Below the pieces are notes generated by a model. The model searched no databases. It worked only from the letters and a program-made list of their open reading frames with translations, and had not been told where the DNA came from. A stretch of 64,000 nt of DNA. It comes from the human T2T-CHM13v2.0 reference genome, Homo sapiens. Location: NCBI RefSeq assembly GCF_009914755.1, contig NC_060936.1; one strand, written 5' to 3'. Position 1 is the first letter of the stretch, and each line of letters begins with the position of its first letter. The translations under genes were made by a program, and so were the position numbers. Shown one piece after another: positions 1-14,087 of this stretch.

Positions 1-54
1 CCTTCTTTTTTGCACAGACAAAACATCTGCTTGATTAGCCACAGGCTTATTAAG

Positions 55-215
55 GATACCAACTGGCCACAAACTATATGAATCAATAATGTTGTGCTGT
101 TGTGAGAAAGCTACCATTATTATGGGTCCTGTTAAATAACTGTGAGGTGGAAGAAATCAGAATTAATACTTCTAGCATCATCTGTCAGACCCTTACTAAA
201 ATATCTGGTTCCATT
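55..215 (+). mobile_element. Ancient CR1/L3 LINE fragment (ORF2 3' region)
   Basis: Degenerate match to recalled L3 consensus (gccacaaactatatgaatcaataatg...gaaagctacc...gtcagacc...aatatctggttc). Confidence 0.5.
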
Positions 216-844
216 TGCAAATATTTACTATGCACCTTTTACCTGTTCCAAGCTCTCAGTTGGGCACAGATGATATAATGGGTGAAAATTGTATGCTCCC
301 ACCCTCACACTTTGATGTGCTAAATACTTCTCTCTTACTTGTCCTGTGTGAATTCCAGTGACTGGAAACACCTTCTTTAAGGTTCCCAAGGTCCCCATTT
401 CTCTGTTTCAAAGAGTACTATCCAAACCAGTAGCTAGGGATCCATATGATGCCTCAAGGAGTTCTGGGAGTTATACCTATGGTGTTTTCCTGGGCCTCAG
501 AGCTAGCACCTGATTCCAGGAGGGAGGCCTAACAAGCAAATCTCTCCTGCTGGCTACTGTAATACTTCTTCCCAGGATTGTGAGAGCTGCCAAGATGGCA
601 CTGACTCATATTGTCCCTGAGACCCTGCTTACCTCAGATACAAGCCTCAAAAAAGGAACAAATGTTAGTGAAGTGGAATGTTCTGAGCCCTGGGTACAAG
701 AGAGTAAAATGGGACTTAGCCAGCCAATTAGATGCTAGAAATGGAGGTACTATTTATATCCCATGGAAAGAAGGTGGGCATTATATTAAGGTAAGTGGGG
801 AGCCAATTAAGAGATTTAAATGGGGAAGTTACCTAATCAGATTA

Positions 845-1220
845 GCATCGCTCTACTTCAAAAAACTAACCAAGACAATATCTAAGCCAACAAAGAGAAA
901 CAGAATGACCAAAGGAAAAAAAATCTCAAAAGACAGACTAAAGGGACAACTTAAATTTTGTCTTCCTTTAGATGAAGATTTGTGGAAGGAGGACATGGAA
1001 TTTCTCCATGGCTATCTAAGAGAAAATGAGCTTGATTCATATTAGGAGAAAATATTTCTGAACATTAAAAAGTCATTCATTCCTATAAGGGGGAAATAAA
1101 AGAGTGATTCACCCATTGTGTTGCTAGTCTCTATCTCTGAATACTTATGAGAAAACATCACCTCCAGTGGCTTCTACATTCACTTGACCCAAAGGATGAT
1201 CACAAAGTAGAGAATCTTAG
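845..1220 (+). mobile_element. Probable continuation of the CR1/L3 fragment
   Basis: Weak similarity to L3 3' end (cagaatgaccaaagg; attaggagaaaatatttctgaaca); separated from the first piece by L2-like and other sequence. Confidence 0.35.
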
Positions 1221-1229
1221 AAATGGATG

Positions 1230-1790
1230 AAGGCACTTTCAATTTCAAGGGACAAAGATGCACCTCAAACTAGTTTAAATAAGGGGAGATTTATTGGTTT
1301 ACATAATTTAAAAGTCAAGCAATAGATTTAGCTTTAGGCATGGCTGGATCCAGAGACTCAAAATATGACATCTGGAATTGATTCCTCTTCATCTCCTTCG
1401 GCTGCTCTCTTTTTGTTTAAATTTGGTTAAATTGCTCCAAGCAGCAGTCCCAAACTTACACCTTACTTCTTTAGCTAACTCAGTGAAATGATAATGCCTC
1501 TTTTTCAAGAGTACCAGCAAAATCTTGCAATGGACTCAGATTGTCTTGGTTTGAGTCAAGGGCTCACTTGTGAAATAATCACTGAGTTTGATTACCCAAT
1601 TGGTTGTTCGAATAGTCCAGTTGGTCATTCTTGAGTCATATGTTCAACCATGGAGCTGAGAGGATTGGGTCAACCTCACCTAAATAAATTAAGGGTCTGT
1701 GTATGATGAAGTGGTGGTGATGGGTAATTCTCAGAAGTATCCTGGGGTGTTTACAAGAAAAAAGGAAGGTATGCTAAACAGGCAGAATAA
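1230..1790 (-). mobile_element. MLT1K-like MaLR LTR
   Basis: ctcaaactagtttaa...atttattggtttacataa...ggcatggctggatccagagactcaa is typical of MLT1K; AATAAA lies on the minus strand. Confidence 0.65.
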
Positions 1791-3212
1791 ACAATCAACA
1801 ACAAAGCAAAACACCCTCTCCCACCCACACAAACAGATGTCTACTCTACTTTAAAATCTCTTTAAAGTCTGTATTTACAGTTTGATATCTTAGAAGGGTG
1901 AGCCCAGCCAAGAACATTCCTAGATACACTAAATTTTACTTTGTAATCATCTATGCCATTGCTGTCATACTGCAAAAACTTGTTTTAAACTTCCATACTG
2001 CACACTTTACAGGGAAATGCCATGGCATAAAGAGACTCGCTTCTTGGCTGTGGGTCACCCAACAAAGTGTGTTCCTGTATATGCTCTGGACTGTGAATAT
2101 CTCTTGGCAAGAAAATAATGGAGCTAACTGCCTTCATCATAAGTGAGAAGAGCCATGTGTAGCTTATGTCTGAAATAAAAAACCCAGTGTACAACTTTCA
2201 AACAACAGATTGTCCCCAGCATTGGTGAGCCATGGGCAGTAACAAATGAAGCCTTCTCAGGCTGTCTCCTGGTCCTGAGCTGTGTTCTGAACTGAGCAGA
2301 GCTGCAGCTGAGAGATGCGGAGGCAGCATGCCCAGTTAATCCTTAGTGCTTGTGCCAAGACTGTCAACAAAGGGTCCCATTGTCATGGCACAGTGCGGCT
2401 AGGGGTACTAGTATGCTAGGGAACTGGATGGAGACCACCAACTCATTGACTGAAATGCTTTCTCCCACACCCGCTCCAAAACGGAAATCAATGTCTGGCC
2501 CTTAGCATTCATGAGCAGTCCAGCAATACCAATCTCAGTGTGCACATGCTTGTGAGGAAAAAGAAATGGATAAGCTGGGCAGACTTCACTTCCAAACCTC
2601 AGAGGGGTTGCAAACATCATTACGAGAAATCGATTTGGCAAAATTATGGCTGGTCCTGACTGCCATTTTAATTGCATGCTGAGTTTGGCGATGATGCGTC
2701 TGATTTTTTTTTCATGCATTAAAAAAATAAAACAAGGAGAAAGAAAAAGGATGAGAATCAAGAGTCCCTGAAATTTTCTTTTGAATTTTCAGCCTCAGCA
2801 CTACCATGCTGGCTCTTTATCTTTATTCCTCGCTGAATGATTTCACTTTCAGTGTTGGAGGTTATTCTCTTGAACCATTTCAGACAGTTTTCTGTTATTA
2901 CTTTAATTCTCGGTAAGCTGTCGGCAGTTGCTACCAAATTGCTTCATGGATCAATTCTTCCTTCATAGCCCATTAAATTTTGCTTTTTTGTCCTGAGTAA
3001 GAAGTCACAAACACATTTGGTTACATCTGGCCAGTGAGCCATAAGCCCTTTACTCCTCTTTAGAACTTACTGCAATAGACTCACATTAGGATTTCTGAAT
3101 GCCCCATGTTTATGGTCTGTTGGGATTCACTATTGCTATTTGCTTGAATATGTAACCAGGAATGGATGTAACTATACAGGGTGTCCTTATATTTGTTAAA
3201 TCCCAATAGTCA

Positions 3213-3674
3213 TGTTGTAGATTACAAAAAATGGCTACATATTAGAACTCTTTCTTTATGGTAGATGTGCAATGTGACTTTGCAGGTTCACTTGCCAAGA
3301 AATTAGTCTCTTCCTCTACCCCTTAAATGTGGGTTGACCCCGTGAGTTGCTTTGACAAACAGCAAGTGGCAGGAGTTATGACATGCCAGTCTCAAGCCTG
3401 GATTTCAAGAAGCCACTTTGCACACCACAACTCACTCTCCTAGAATCCCTGCTTTCTCCAAGTGAGTAAGTCCAGCCTAGCCTACTGGAAGATGAGAAGC
3501 CACTTGGACGAGACCCATGGTGCCCTGGTCAACAATAAATCCAGCTGACTTGGCAGCTGACTCCAGACCCAGCTAAGCCCAGCTCAAAGTACTGACCCCT
3601 AGAGCTAAGTAAATGGTTGTTTTAAGCCATTAAATTTTGAGATGGTTTGTTGTACTACAAATATTAATTGATAG
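3213..3674 (+). mobile_element. MLT1G/H-like MaLR solo LTR
   Basis: Starts tgttgtagatt...aaatggctac; ends ttttaagccattaaattttgagatggtttgt...aattgata. Confidence 0.75.
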
Positions 3675-3879
3675 GATCCTTATCTTATTGTTTCTGGTGA
3701 TTCTTGCCATAACTACCTTGTAAGTATCACCTTCTAGCTTCCGTCCTAAACTGAGAAATCCTTGCTCTAAGCCTAGTTGGAAAATTAATGAAAATAAGGA
3801 CCTATTACTATAGCATTTATGTCTACGATGGTGTCCTCTGTTTTAACTCCTCTGTTAAAAGACTGTGAACAGCTAGCTC

Positions 3880-4320
3880 CCTGTTGCTTTCTGAATGGTG
3901 CTCAAATGTATTAACTCAACATTTAAGATCCTCCACGGTTTGATTTTAGTCTGGCCATTCAGTCTTGTATTTATCTCCCTACATTAGAAAACTTTTTTTT
4001 CCAGACTATATGGACTACCCCACTTTCCCCAAATCACAGTGCATCCCCACCTCCTTGACTTTGCTCCTACTGTTTCCTCTGCCTGGAATGACCTTCCCCT
4101 CATTACTGCATGAGCAATCAAAGTCCATTTCAAATGCTACCTCCTTCCTGATACTTTTCCAAAACATTCTAATCAGATGGGATGATTTTTTCCTCTCTTG
4201 GAATGCTGAAAGGCCCTGGTGTCTAACACTCAGGAGTCATAGGAGGCATATCCCTCTTGGATTCTTGGTGCTTTGTTCCCTGCAGTGTTCTGGTACAGGA
4301 CATCACCTCGCCCATCCTTG
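3880..4320 (+). mobile_element. L2 fragment
   Basis: ctgtttcctctgcctggaatgaccttccc...ttcaaatgctacctccttc L2 3' core. Confidence 0.55.
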
Positions 4321-4329
4321 TCAGAGAAC

Positions 4330-4530
4330 TTCTGAGTGCTAAGCATGGGCCAGACTCTTTGCTGGGCACTTTACACATATTAGCTCATTTAGTCCTCTTC
4401 ATTACCGTATCAGGTAAGTGTTATTAATTTCAGTGTATAGGTGATAAAAAATGAAGCTTGAAAACCTAAATAATTGATCTAAGTTTCCACAAATCCCACA
4501 AATCCTGGACAGCAGACGTGATATTGAATG
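4330..4530 (-). mobile_element. MIR SINE
   Basis: gctgggcactttacacatattagctcatttagtcctc... reverse MIR core. Confidence 0.65.
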
Positions 4531-4780
4531 TGGTCTATCGCTCAGCCTCTCAGATCTCCCTCACAGCCCCCTGTGTGAGGACGCACAGAAGTTGGCAACT
4601 CAGTGGCTTGGAGAAAACATTGTAAGAGCTCTGACTTCACATATTGGCTCACAGGGGAGTCAACTGAAGGGACGATAACTGCCTAATAGAAAGAGCCTAC
4701 CCTGGAGTGGTTGGTCAGAAACACTGGGGCTAGGCTGGGACTTATTTTTTCAACTTCCCGTGCTTCATCAAGAATGTTCT

Positions 4781-5092
4781 GGGAGGGCATGGTAGCTGAT
4801 GGCTGTCATCCCAGCACTTCAGGAGGCCAAAGCAGGACAATCACTTGAGCCACGAGTTTGTGACCGGCCTGGACAACATAGGAAGACCCTGTCTCTAAAA
4901 AAAAAAGTTTTTTAAAAAATTAGCCGGGCATGGTGGTATATGCTTGTAGTCTCACTACTCGGCAGACTGAGGCAGGAAGATTGCTTGAGCCCAGGAGGTC
5001 GAGACTGTGAGTGAGCTATAATCGTGCCACTGAACTTCAGCCTGGGCAACAGAGGGAGACCCTGTCTCAAAAATATAAAAAATAAAAAAAAG
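4781..5092 (+). mobile_element. AluJ
   Basis: Dimeric Alu with J diagnostics (cttgagcccaggaggtcgag, gaccctgtctc), A-tail and degenerate TSD aagaatgttct/aaggatattct. Confidence 0.92.
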
Positions 5093-6258
5093 AAGGATAT
5101 TCTTAAGCATCTTACGAATTATTAATATCAGACAGTGGCTCACCACTAAGATAGTCAATAAGCTACCTACTGATTTGTTGCTAATTGTCTGGGAACTAAT
5201 AACTTTCTACTCTTCTAGTCATAATGAATTTCTCTTTCCTTAGTCAAGTTTGTCCATAAGATTGACTATGGGACATCCAAGAGGTTGGCCCTAATTGTTC
5301 CTATTTCAACATGGCCGCTGCTGTTGGGCCCAGGTGCTACAGAGCGGGTCAGCAGCAGAAACCATGAAGCGAGAGGGGAAAGGTTTGGCTTTGCTGCTCA
5401 GGAGGTGCAGCCAAGCCTCTCTACTTGGCCAGAATATTACCAGGGCTTAGTTAATTTTTTTCTTTAAGCTATAGATTATTTTCTCACGAGGAAAGTGGAA
5501 ATATTTCCCTGTATTTGTGAGTGATTTCCTTCTTAAAAAGGTAAAAAAAAAAAATGAACTTAGTAGGCATCATGTTTTAGTGACATTAAAAGATATCTCT
5601 GAGAACAGAAGGGTGTGGATTCTAGTTTTGAATGGCAGGAACAGCAAGGCCAACTTCACAGCCTTTCCGTCTCAGGTACAGTGATCCTGCTGTTAGTCGT
5701 CCTTCGATTATGTCATGGGGTTGTGCCTGCTTGACAGGCAGAGCTCACATGTGGGGTCTTGCATGAGGAGAAGAGGTGAGCAGTTTGCCCTTGGACCAAG
5801 GTTCTTTAGGATGTAGGCTTTCTAACTACACCAGTGTTCCAACGGAAGTTGCCTGGGTCTCTATCTCACATAGAGGTTCCACCTTGCCAGAACACTGGGT
5901 ACTGCCCCAGGGCACAGCAGGTGTGCCTTGAGGACCAGAGCAAGACTCCATTTCACCTGAAGAAATGGCTGGTCACTGAGAAGGCCTCTGGATTATAGAT
6001 TTATTACCACCAAAGGGCAGTACCTAATTTGGGAAATGGTGCTTTGTACCAAGTTCCTTCCCCAGTCTCTTGAAAGTCTTGACCTCAGAGGAGTTGCCAC
6101 ACACTGATGGCAAACATGCTCACAGTACAATTGATACAGCAGATACCTGTAGCTCTCTGAAGGCCTGGGTGTGCTAGGCCCACAGGAAAATTAGGCTTGA
6201 CTTCTATTCTCCAAAATCATTTCAAGGAGATGATACTAATACATGACATCCGAGAGAG

Positions 6259-6299
6259 AAACAAACAAACAAACAAACAAACAAACAAAAACAAAAAAA
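6259..6299 (+). repeat. (AAAC)n microsatellite
   Basis: Direct tandem aaac units. Confidence 0.9.
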
Positions 6300-6599
6300 C
6301 CCAGAGAGCTAAAGCTCCTAGTGCAAACGGCTTCTTGTTGAGTTTCCCATGCTTCTCCTCCCTTGGGTTCCATTTGCTTCCTCTTTCTAACTTCCAGTTC
6401 TGATATTATAACAGCAGAGACAACAGCTAACCCATGTTTCTTTAGTACCTTCTTGCCAATTACTGTGCTTTACACCGAACTAATAATCTGTTCTTTGAAA
6501 AAAGCTGTTCCCAGAGGTTCATGATGGGATGCTTACTGTGCATTGTACATAATAGGGACACAGTAATTACTTAGTGAATGGAAGAATCATTACTATATA

Positions 6600-6840
6600 G
6601 AGGAAGTATAACAAAGTGGTTAAGTGCAGGTTCCTTAACATTAGCATGCTTGAGTTTGAAGCTTGGCCCTGCTACTTACTTGCTGTGATATTTTGGGCAA
6701 ATGTGTTTACCTCTCAAAGTCTCAGTATCTTCATCTGTCAAATTAGGAATAATAATACTACCTTACCTGAGGGTTGTTATAGATTAAGCAGTAATCCCAG
6801 TATGTTGAATATATCAACTACTTAATAAGTAATATTATTG
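6600..6840 (+). mobile_element. MIR SINE
   Basis: agtggttaag...ctacttacttgctgtgatattttgggcaa...ctcagtatcttcatctgtcaaat MIR core. Confidence 0.75.
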
Positions 6841-6917
6841 TAATTGCTATGATTGTTAATGCCAAGCATTATACAAAGTTTCTTATCTCCACTTTATGTT
6901 AACAATGTACAGTTGAA

Positions 6918-7142
6918 ACATATATGTATATATACGTATATATGTATGTATACATACATATATACGTATATATACATATATGTGTGTGTGTATGTGTATA
7001 TATACACATATATATGTGTGTATGTGTATATATACACATATATATGTGTGTATGTGTATATATACACATATATATGTGTGTATGTGTATATATACACATA
7101 TATATGTGCACGTGTGTATGTGTATATATGTGTTTATATATA
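6918..7142. repeat. Alternating purine/pyrimidine (TA/TG/CA) tract with a 30-bp higher-order unit x ~4
   Basis: tatgtgtatatatacacatatatatgtgtg repeats at 6991, 7021, 7051 and (partial) 7081. Confidence 0.95.
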
Positions 7143-7806
7143 CTTATTCTCCAGCGGAAAATCAAGGCTCTGAGAGATAATAAACTTGTTCAAGGTCATA
7201 GAAGGCACTGACTTGGAAGCCTCAATCCACAGCAAGGTGAAGAGGTGACGAGAAAAAAGGTCTTTATCAACTTATTTTTTTAAACACTATGAAGTTTGTG
7301 GAAGGCTTATTTTTCCAGAATGGGCAAAGGTTATTCTACACAGATCAAGGGGTCAAAAAGTTTGGATGCACTTGCAGCAGGATAATTTAGTTCAGAGCTA
7401 TGTTCCCTCTGAAATCTCCTTGTGGAATGATAATGTTATTTCCCATAAAATAGAATACAAGAGCTCTCATTTCCTTTGCTAATGAAACCCTCTTTTTCTC
7501 AGGCTACTTATCATACTAGGAACCTGCAGCCAGGTTATACTTTAGGGTCTCTTTAGCAGTCTCAGGGTCTTATCCAAATTAGGGTCTTCAGCCCCTCCAG
7601 GTCTCCTGAAGTGGACATGGGGCATTGAAACACTCAAATACTAACCTTTTTGATCAGCTTCCTACCAAACCACCTCCCAGACACACAAATGCACACACTC
7701 ACCTGACCTAGATTGTCTTTGGGTACTGGAGTAAGCTGGAGCTCCTAAGCTATAACGTTTCCTACAGCACCTGAATCTGGAATGTGGTCACTCCTGGTCC
7801 TTGGGC

Positions 7807-8106
7807 TTTTGTTTTTGTGTTTTTGCGACAGTGTCTTGCTCTGTCACCCAGGCTGGAGTTCAGTGGGGCAACCTCGGCTCACAGCAACCTCCATCTCCCT
7901 AGTTCAAGTGATTCTCATACCTCAGCCTCCTGAGTAGCTGGGATTACAGGTGTGTGCCACCACGCCCAACTAATTTTTGTATTTTTAGTAGAGATGGGGT
8001 TTTACCGTGTTGGCCAGGCTGGTCTCGAGCTCCTGGCCTCTAATGATCCACCTGCTTTGGCCTCCCAAAGTGCTGGGATTACAGGCATGAGCCGCTATGC
8101 CCAGCC
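7807..8106 (-). mobile_element. AluS
   Basis: Full reverse Alu; TSD cttgggctttt (7800-7810)/ctttggctttt (8107-8117). Confidence 0.93.
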
Positions 8107-8569
8107 CTTTGGCTTTTCTGTAATTGCTTCTGGTTAAATAAATTCTGGTTCCAGGTGATACCTCCCAACAGCTATGTCTCACAAGAGCTTCTCCTTATTC
8201 ATGGACCATGTGCAGGATGTCTCAGGCACTGATACCACGCCTGCCCTTGTGGCGCTCCCACGTAGTGTAGAGCTCTTCCTAGCAGCATCCTTCAGTGACA
8301 GTGGATGCTGGTTTCCTATAGTATGGCAATGGACTGTTTTCCCCTCAACTGCACCAACCTTCAAGCCTCTCAGGTTGTCTGGAATCTTAGAGCGTATCCT
8401 GAACTGCATCCTGAAAAGCTGCTTCCAACCAGTCTTCTAGTCTTCTAGTTGCCACAGTGAGAGACACAGTCTTAAGGAACACCACCCCAGCCTTCAGAAT
8501 TGCGTAAATAATGACTTCAACTACTACTGCTAATGATAGTAAGTTAGTATTAATAAGAGTTACTGTTTT

Positions 8570-8790
8570 ACACACTTCCCACATGCAGGCACTGTATTCA
8601 TAGATTTTATCTTTATCATAATTTTACCAGATTGGTGCCCCAATACCTATTTAAAGTGTGAGTAAATCGAGGACCAGAGAGGCTAAGTGGCTTGCTCAAG
8701 GTTACCATTTGGTAGACAGCATAGCAGGTGTTTGAACTCAAGTTCTTCTGACTTTAAAGCCCTTTCTTTTATCCTCAAACTGCCATTTGT
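8570..8790 (-). mobile_element. MIR SINE
   Basis: gaggaccagagaggctaagtggcttgctcaaggt...tttgaactcaag. Confidence 0.7.
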
Positions 8791-9454
8791 TAAGTGATGG
8801 GTACTATACCAATAGCCTTGTATACATTGCCTCACATAAAGAAGGGGCAGACAGTGGGGGCTGTGTCAACCCATCCTCTGGGGTGACCCATGGCCAGTGT
8901 ATCCTTCTGGCTCACTCTGAGCTCTGGGGGTACTGGGGAGGCAATCCTATCTCCTGGAAGTACCTGTCAGGATACTGGCAAGAGCTTAAATTTTACATCA
9001 TATTCCTAGCGTCTTCTCTGTCACCACCACTCCTCTTTCTACACTTACAAGGCAAATCCCTGGAAATACAGCTTTTCTCTAAGACATGCAAACCAAACTT
9101 TCAATGTTGGGTGACCTAAGTTCCCTGAAAACTGGTAAAGATGAATACAACTTACACTCGATCAACTGATTTGTAGGTCCCCAGAAAGCAAGCTGAAGTC
9201 AAATCTAATAACTAGCATAAAATTCTAACTTTGATTATCCATGCATGGAGTGTCCATGGCAAATACTTAATCCCACATGAGGTACCATATGCAAAAGCTT
9301 TGAAAAGTATAAAATATTCTGCTAATGCCAAGTATGATTATTCTTGTCAGTGCCACACTCACTCTCCCCACAGGTATGTGCTGAAGGAATACAAATGACT
9401 TCAGGAACTGTCTGAGCCAAGCATGACTGGGAATGTTAACTTTACAGTGGTGAG

Positions 9455-9840
9455 GCCCAGTGATATCAGGGTAAAAGCTCTCATATGACAGTCAGTAAAC
9501 CTGGTTCTGAGCCTTGATCCTGCCATTAATAAGCTGAGGAAATCTGAGCAAGACTCTCACCTTCTCTGATCTTCAATTCAATTATAATCATTACAATAAC
9601 ACATAAAAATACAACTGCAGTTACTATTTATTGTTGTATACCCACTCCAAGCCATGCGCTTTTCCAAGAGGTTTATGTATAATATCTCATTTAATTTTCC
9701 CAACAATCCTCTGTTGCATTATCATCTCCATTTCACAGATGTATAAACAGAGGCCCCAAGATGTTAAATGACTTATCCCTGGCCTCATAGCGAGTAAGGT
9801 AGGATCTAGGCCAAATTACATTTTCTAGTCACTCTAAAAT
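9455..9840. mobile_element. Two MIR fragments in opposite orientation
   Basis: Forward core ~9455-9580; reverse core ~9620-9840 (ccatttcacagatg...gttaaatgactta). Confidence 0.6.
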
Positions 9841-10159
9841 AAATGAAATTATTTGGGGATATTTGTGCCCTGTTTCTATTTCACTTGCAGGGAAGTTAGC
9901 TATGGTTAGATTCAGAATTCCTAAAGAAAGAGGAAAAATCTTGTTAGAAGCCCAGAGAAAGCAAACAGATTCCTAAAGAGTGAAGCAGGTATATGATTGA
10001 TTATGACATTTTCCTAATACATGAATGGTGCTTTCCTTCTTTTTAGAAAATACTTTGTAGACTGAGGGTATTGCTACCAGAAGAGGCCACCTTGGGGGGG
10101 AAATGGAATATTGTACTTACCTCCTTGTGTTGCAGCTATTTATTGAAACCTCTCTGTCT

Positions 10160-10315
10160 CTCTTCTTCTAGGTTGTACATTCCTTAAAGAAAAGTACTAG
10201 CTCTCATCTACATCCCCAGCACCAGTCACAGGCTTGACACATAGTAGATCAATGTCCAGTGTCAGAATAAATGGACATGTGTTTGCAGAATGAATGAATA
10301 TGTAAATGAATGAAT
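10160..10315 (+). mobile_element. L2 3' end
   Basis: atccccagcacc...gacacatagtagatcaat...gaatgaatgaa tail. Confidence 0.6.
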
Positions 10316-10816
10316 GTCTGGCTCCTTGCCCTTGTAATTTTTTGTTTCTTCCTGATAGAGCTAAATTACCAATTTTGTCCTTCTTCACTTGGAGTTTAAG
10401 AAACCTGAATCAGCAGTGCAGAAACTGAGTCAGCCTTGGCACTCGTGTTTCTCAGCTATTGCAGGTTTTTGTATTAATTCCGATAAAAGAGTAGTGAACA
10501 TTGTTATTTATGGTCACCCAGAACCCATTTTACCTTCTGTCAGAAACATCTGCTCCCAACTCTCAGTTCATGTGGCTCTGATTGGGCTGACAACCCTGTC
10601 TTCCTGCCAGCCTTAGGAGTGAACCCAGGGTCCAGGTATGAAAAATCAGTATACTCTCTCCCATGGCCAGAGTATGTGCTTAGTTGGTGAAGTAACACTT
10701 CACCCACACTGTCCCAGTCAATTGTAGGACTTTTGTTGAACCAGTAAGGAAAAACAAAGTTCTTTTCCACTAGGGACACAATGTAAGCCTGTAGCTGCTA
10801 ATGGCCACCTTACTGA

Positions 10817-11181
<365 letters not shown>

Positions 11182-11619
11182 CTTAACAACACAATTTATT
11201 AACGTAAATTGTATTGTGAAGCATTTTTAACAACACAATATATGTACTATTTCAGCATTGATCCATGCTTGGAGCCAAGTGTGTTATTGGGCTTTTGGTC
11301 ATATAATCCGATAAACACAGTCTCCTCCTGTGTGGGGGAGGAATGTGTGTATGTGTGCGATCTGACCTCCAGCATGAACTGCTGGAAGATGCATTCCCAT
11401 GTTTGTTTGGTATGATGCTTTAAGGATCCAGCCTAACTTGCCCTCACTAGGATATAGACAGCTCTTCTGGCCAGTGTCTATCCCATGCTGGTAGTTGTAT
11501 ACAGCCTGAAATTCTTTATTATCCAAATATGGGTCTAGGCCACCACTAGCTGAGTCCTAGAGTTGCTGTTTTGAGACATCCTAGTGGAAATAACTGGTAG
11601 TTTTTCGATAAAGATATAG

Positions 11620-11860
11620 AGGTATAGCCTAATAGCCTTTGGAATTAGGTAGAGCAGGGTTCAAATCTCATTTTGATTACTCAGAAATTATGTAACCTTA
11701 AGGAAGTTGCTTTATCTCCATGAAACTCATCTCTCTTTGCTATAAAATGGGAATATGAATGTCCACACTGCAAGATTGTTACAAGAATTAGAGGAGACAA
11801 ATGTGTAAATGAGTAGAGCTTGGCAACACATAGTAAATGCTTCATAAATGGTAGCTCTTA
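11620..11860 (+). mobile_element. MIR SINE
   Basis: gggttcaaatc...tataaaatggg...acacatagtaaatgcttcataaatggtagct. Confidence 0.75.
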
Positions 11861-12407
11861 CTTTATTTTTCAAATAAAGTTTAAAGACAATCTTTTATTT
11901 ATCCACCTATTTATTTATCTGTCTACCTGTCTATATATCATCTGTCTATCTCCTCAGTAGTTCCTCTCGAAGCTGTATACTTACTGTTGTATGAAAAAAG
12001 ATACTAAGTGCATTTGGAGAGAAAACACTATCATAAAGAATGACCTCTATGAGAGACTGTATAATTACTAAGAATTTCAGAAACTGGAGGAGGTCGGGCG
12101 CATATTATTGTATGATGTTAACTTCAGAAGGAAAACAAAACACCCTGAGGTTTGTTTTTGTTTTTTAATTGAGAGCATTTAGGCAGAACAATAAAGATCT
12201 TACAATTCATATGGCACCAAATAATTTACGTGAATACGAAAAATAGGGGAAAGCATTTTAGATTTTATTAAAAAGGATTACAGGAATATAGGTAGGACTT
12301 CTCAATATGAAACCAGGTAAATCAATATCACAAGTAAACAAATATGTGGAAGGCTTTATTACACCAATTTATTTACATATATGTGATATTGTACTGTGAA
12401 TGTTTTA

Positions 12408-12836
<429 letters not shown>

Positions 12837-13563
12837 TTAAGGAAATAATAATAAAAGGATATGCTGAGAAAGCAATGTTTCTAAAGATGCAAAGATTCTT
12901 AAGAAAGAATTAGAATGGATGGCAGAGGCAGTAAACCACAAATTAAGTGACTAAAGACCAAGTTGCTTTATTGGATTCTTGAATTTACTTTGGAGGAAAC
13001 ACTGTGATCTGCAGAAGAGATTATGTGGAGTGAAAAACAGAAATCCAGGTTTGGAAGGTGGCAAAGAGGTAATCAAAGAAAAAACCACCTAAGGAAGAGT
13101 ATTAAGATCACTGGGGGAAGTATGAAAGACTCAGTGGAGAAGAGATGGAGCAAATCTGGAAAAGCAAGAGAAATGGGGCAGAGAAGAGTAAAATGGGAAA
13201 AGAGCAGAGAAGAAAAAGGATTGACCAAAAGGCAGGGGCGCAGGACAGGAGAATATACCTGTAAGTTTGTTTAGCATTTCCCAAAAGTTCTTTTCAGCAG
13301 GACCAAAGATCCATAGGGTGTTTGCAGGTGCTTGCAGAAAGAAAGGAGTGTCTATGGTCAGATAAGTCGATTTGAGTTGTGTGAGTTTCTTCCTGCAGGA
13401 TGTTTTGGGAATCTTTCAAAAGTGTTACTGGGTTCTGGTTGGAGTTAGTGTTTGAAGAAAGTATTAATAATAGAAAGTAAAGTGTTGTTGGGTGAATATC
13501 TAAAAGAGGAGTAGAGGAATAAAAAATGGAGCCTTTCACCAAAACAATTTTTCCAGGGAATGC

Positions 13564-13638
13564 TGTGTGTGTGTGTGTGCATGTGTGTGTGTGTGTGTGT
13601 GTGTTTGAGAGAGAGTGAGAGAGAGAGAGAGAGAGAGA
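13564..13638 (+). repeat. (TG)n(GA)n compound microsatellite
   Basis: Direct inspection. Confidence 0.95.
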
Positions 13639-13961
13639 TACTCAACTCTTTTATCAGTGTTCCTCTCACCTGTCATTTCAGAAGGATTCGGGAATCAAAC
13701 ATACTGCTGAGATAAAATTTTACCCCACCTATATCTTGGCCCTGGGAAAAATGTTCCACCACTGACCATAGCATCATCATAAGACTGCAGAATAGATCCT
13801 TCATCCTCTGGTACTCCATCGCCCAGGCACAGATATCAGTAATACCATGGTCATCAACTATGCCACGAGGACAAATTTGAAAGTGGGCTTTAATGCCTAA
13901 TGCACTTCCAGCTTCCCACTTGGGAAGTGCTTACTTTAGTAATCACTTAATTAATTAACAA

Positions 13962-14087
13962 TTAATTTTTAGAAACTGGGTCTCATTATGCTGTCCAGGC
14001 TGGCCTCGAACTCCTGGGCTCAAATAATGCTTCCACCTCAGCTTCTCGAGTAGCTGGGACTACAAGTTTGCACCACCACACCCAGCT
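13962..14087 (-). mobile_element. FLAM / monomeric Alu
   Basis: Single ~125-bp monomer: gggtctcattatgctgtccaggctggcctcgaactcctgggctcaa...tagctgggactaca...cacccagc. Confidence 0.8.

Noticed and set aside
611-1045. 144-aa ORF
   Set aside because: TTG start, no recognisable domain, overlaps decayed L2/CR1-like sequence; likely chance.
6853-7211. Five overlapping Y/I/V/C/H-rich ORFs
   Set aside because: Artefacts of the TA/TG/CA tandem repeat.
8174-8584. Overlapping ORFs on both strands
   Set aside because: Short, no recognisable homology, no splice or pseudogene hallmarks.
12940-13560. Purine-rich stretch, possibly an ancient LTR
   Set aside because: Could not assign termini or family from sequence alone.
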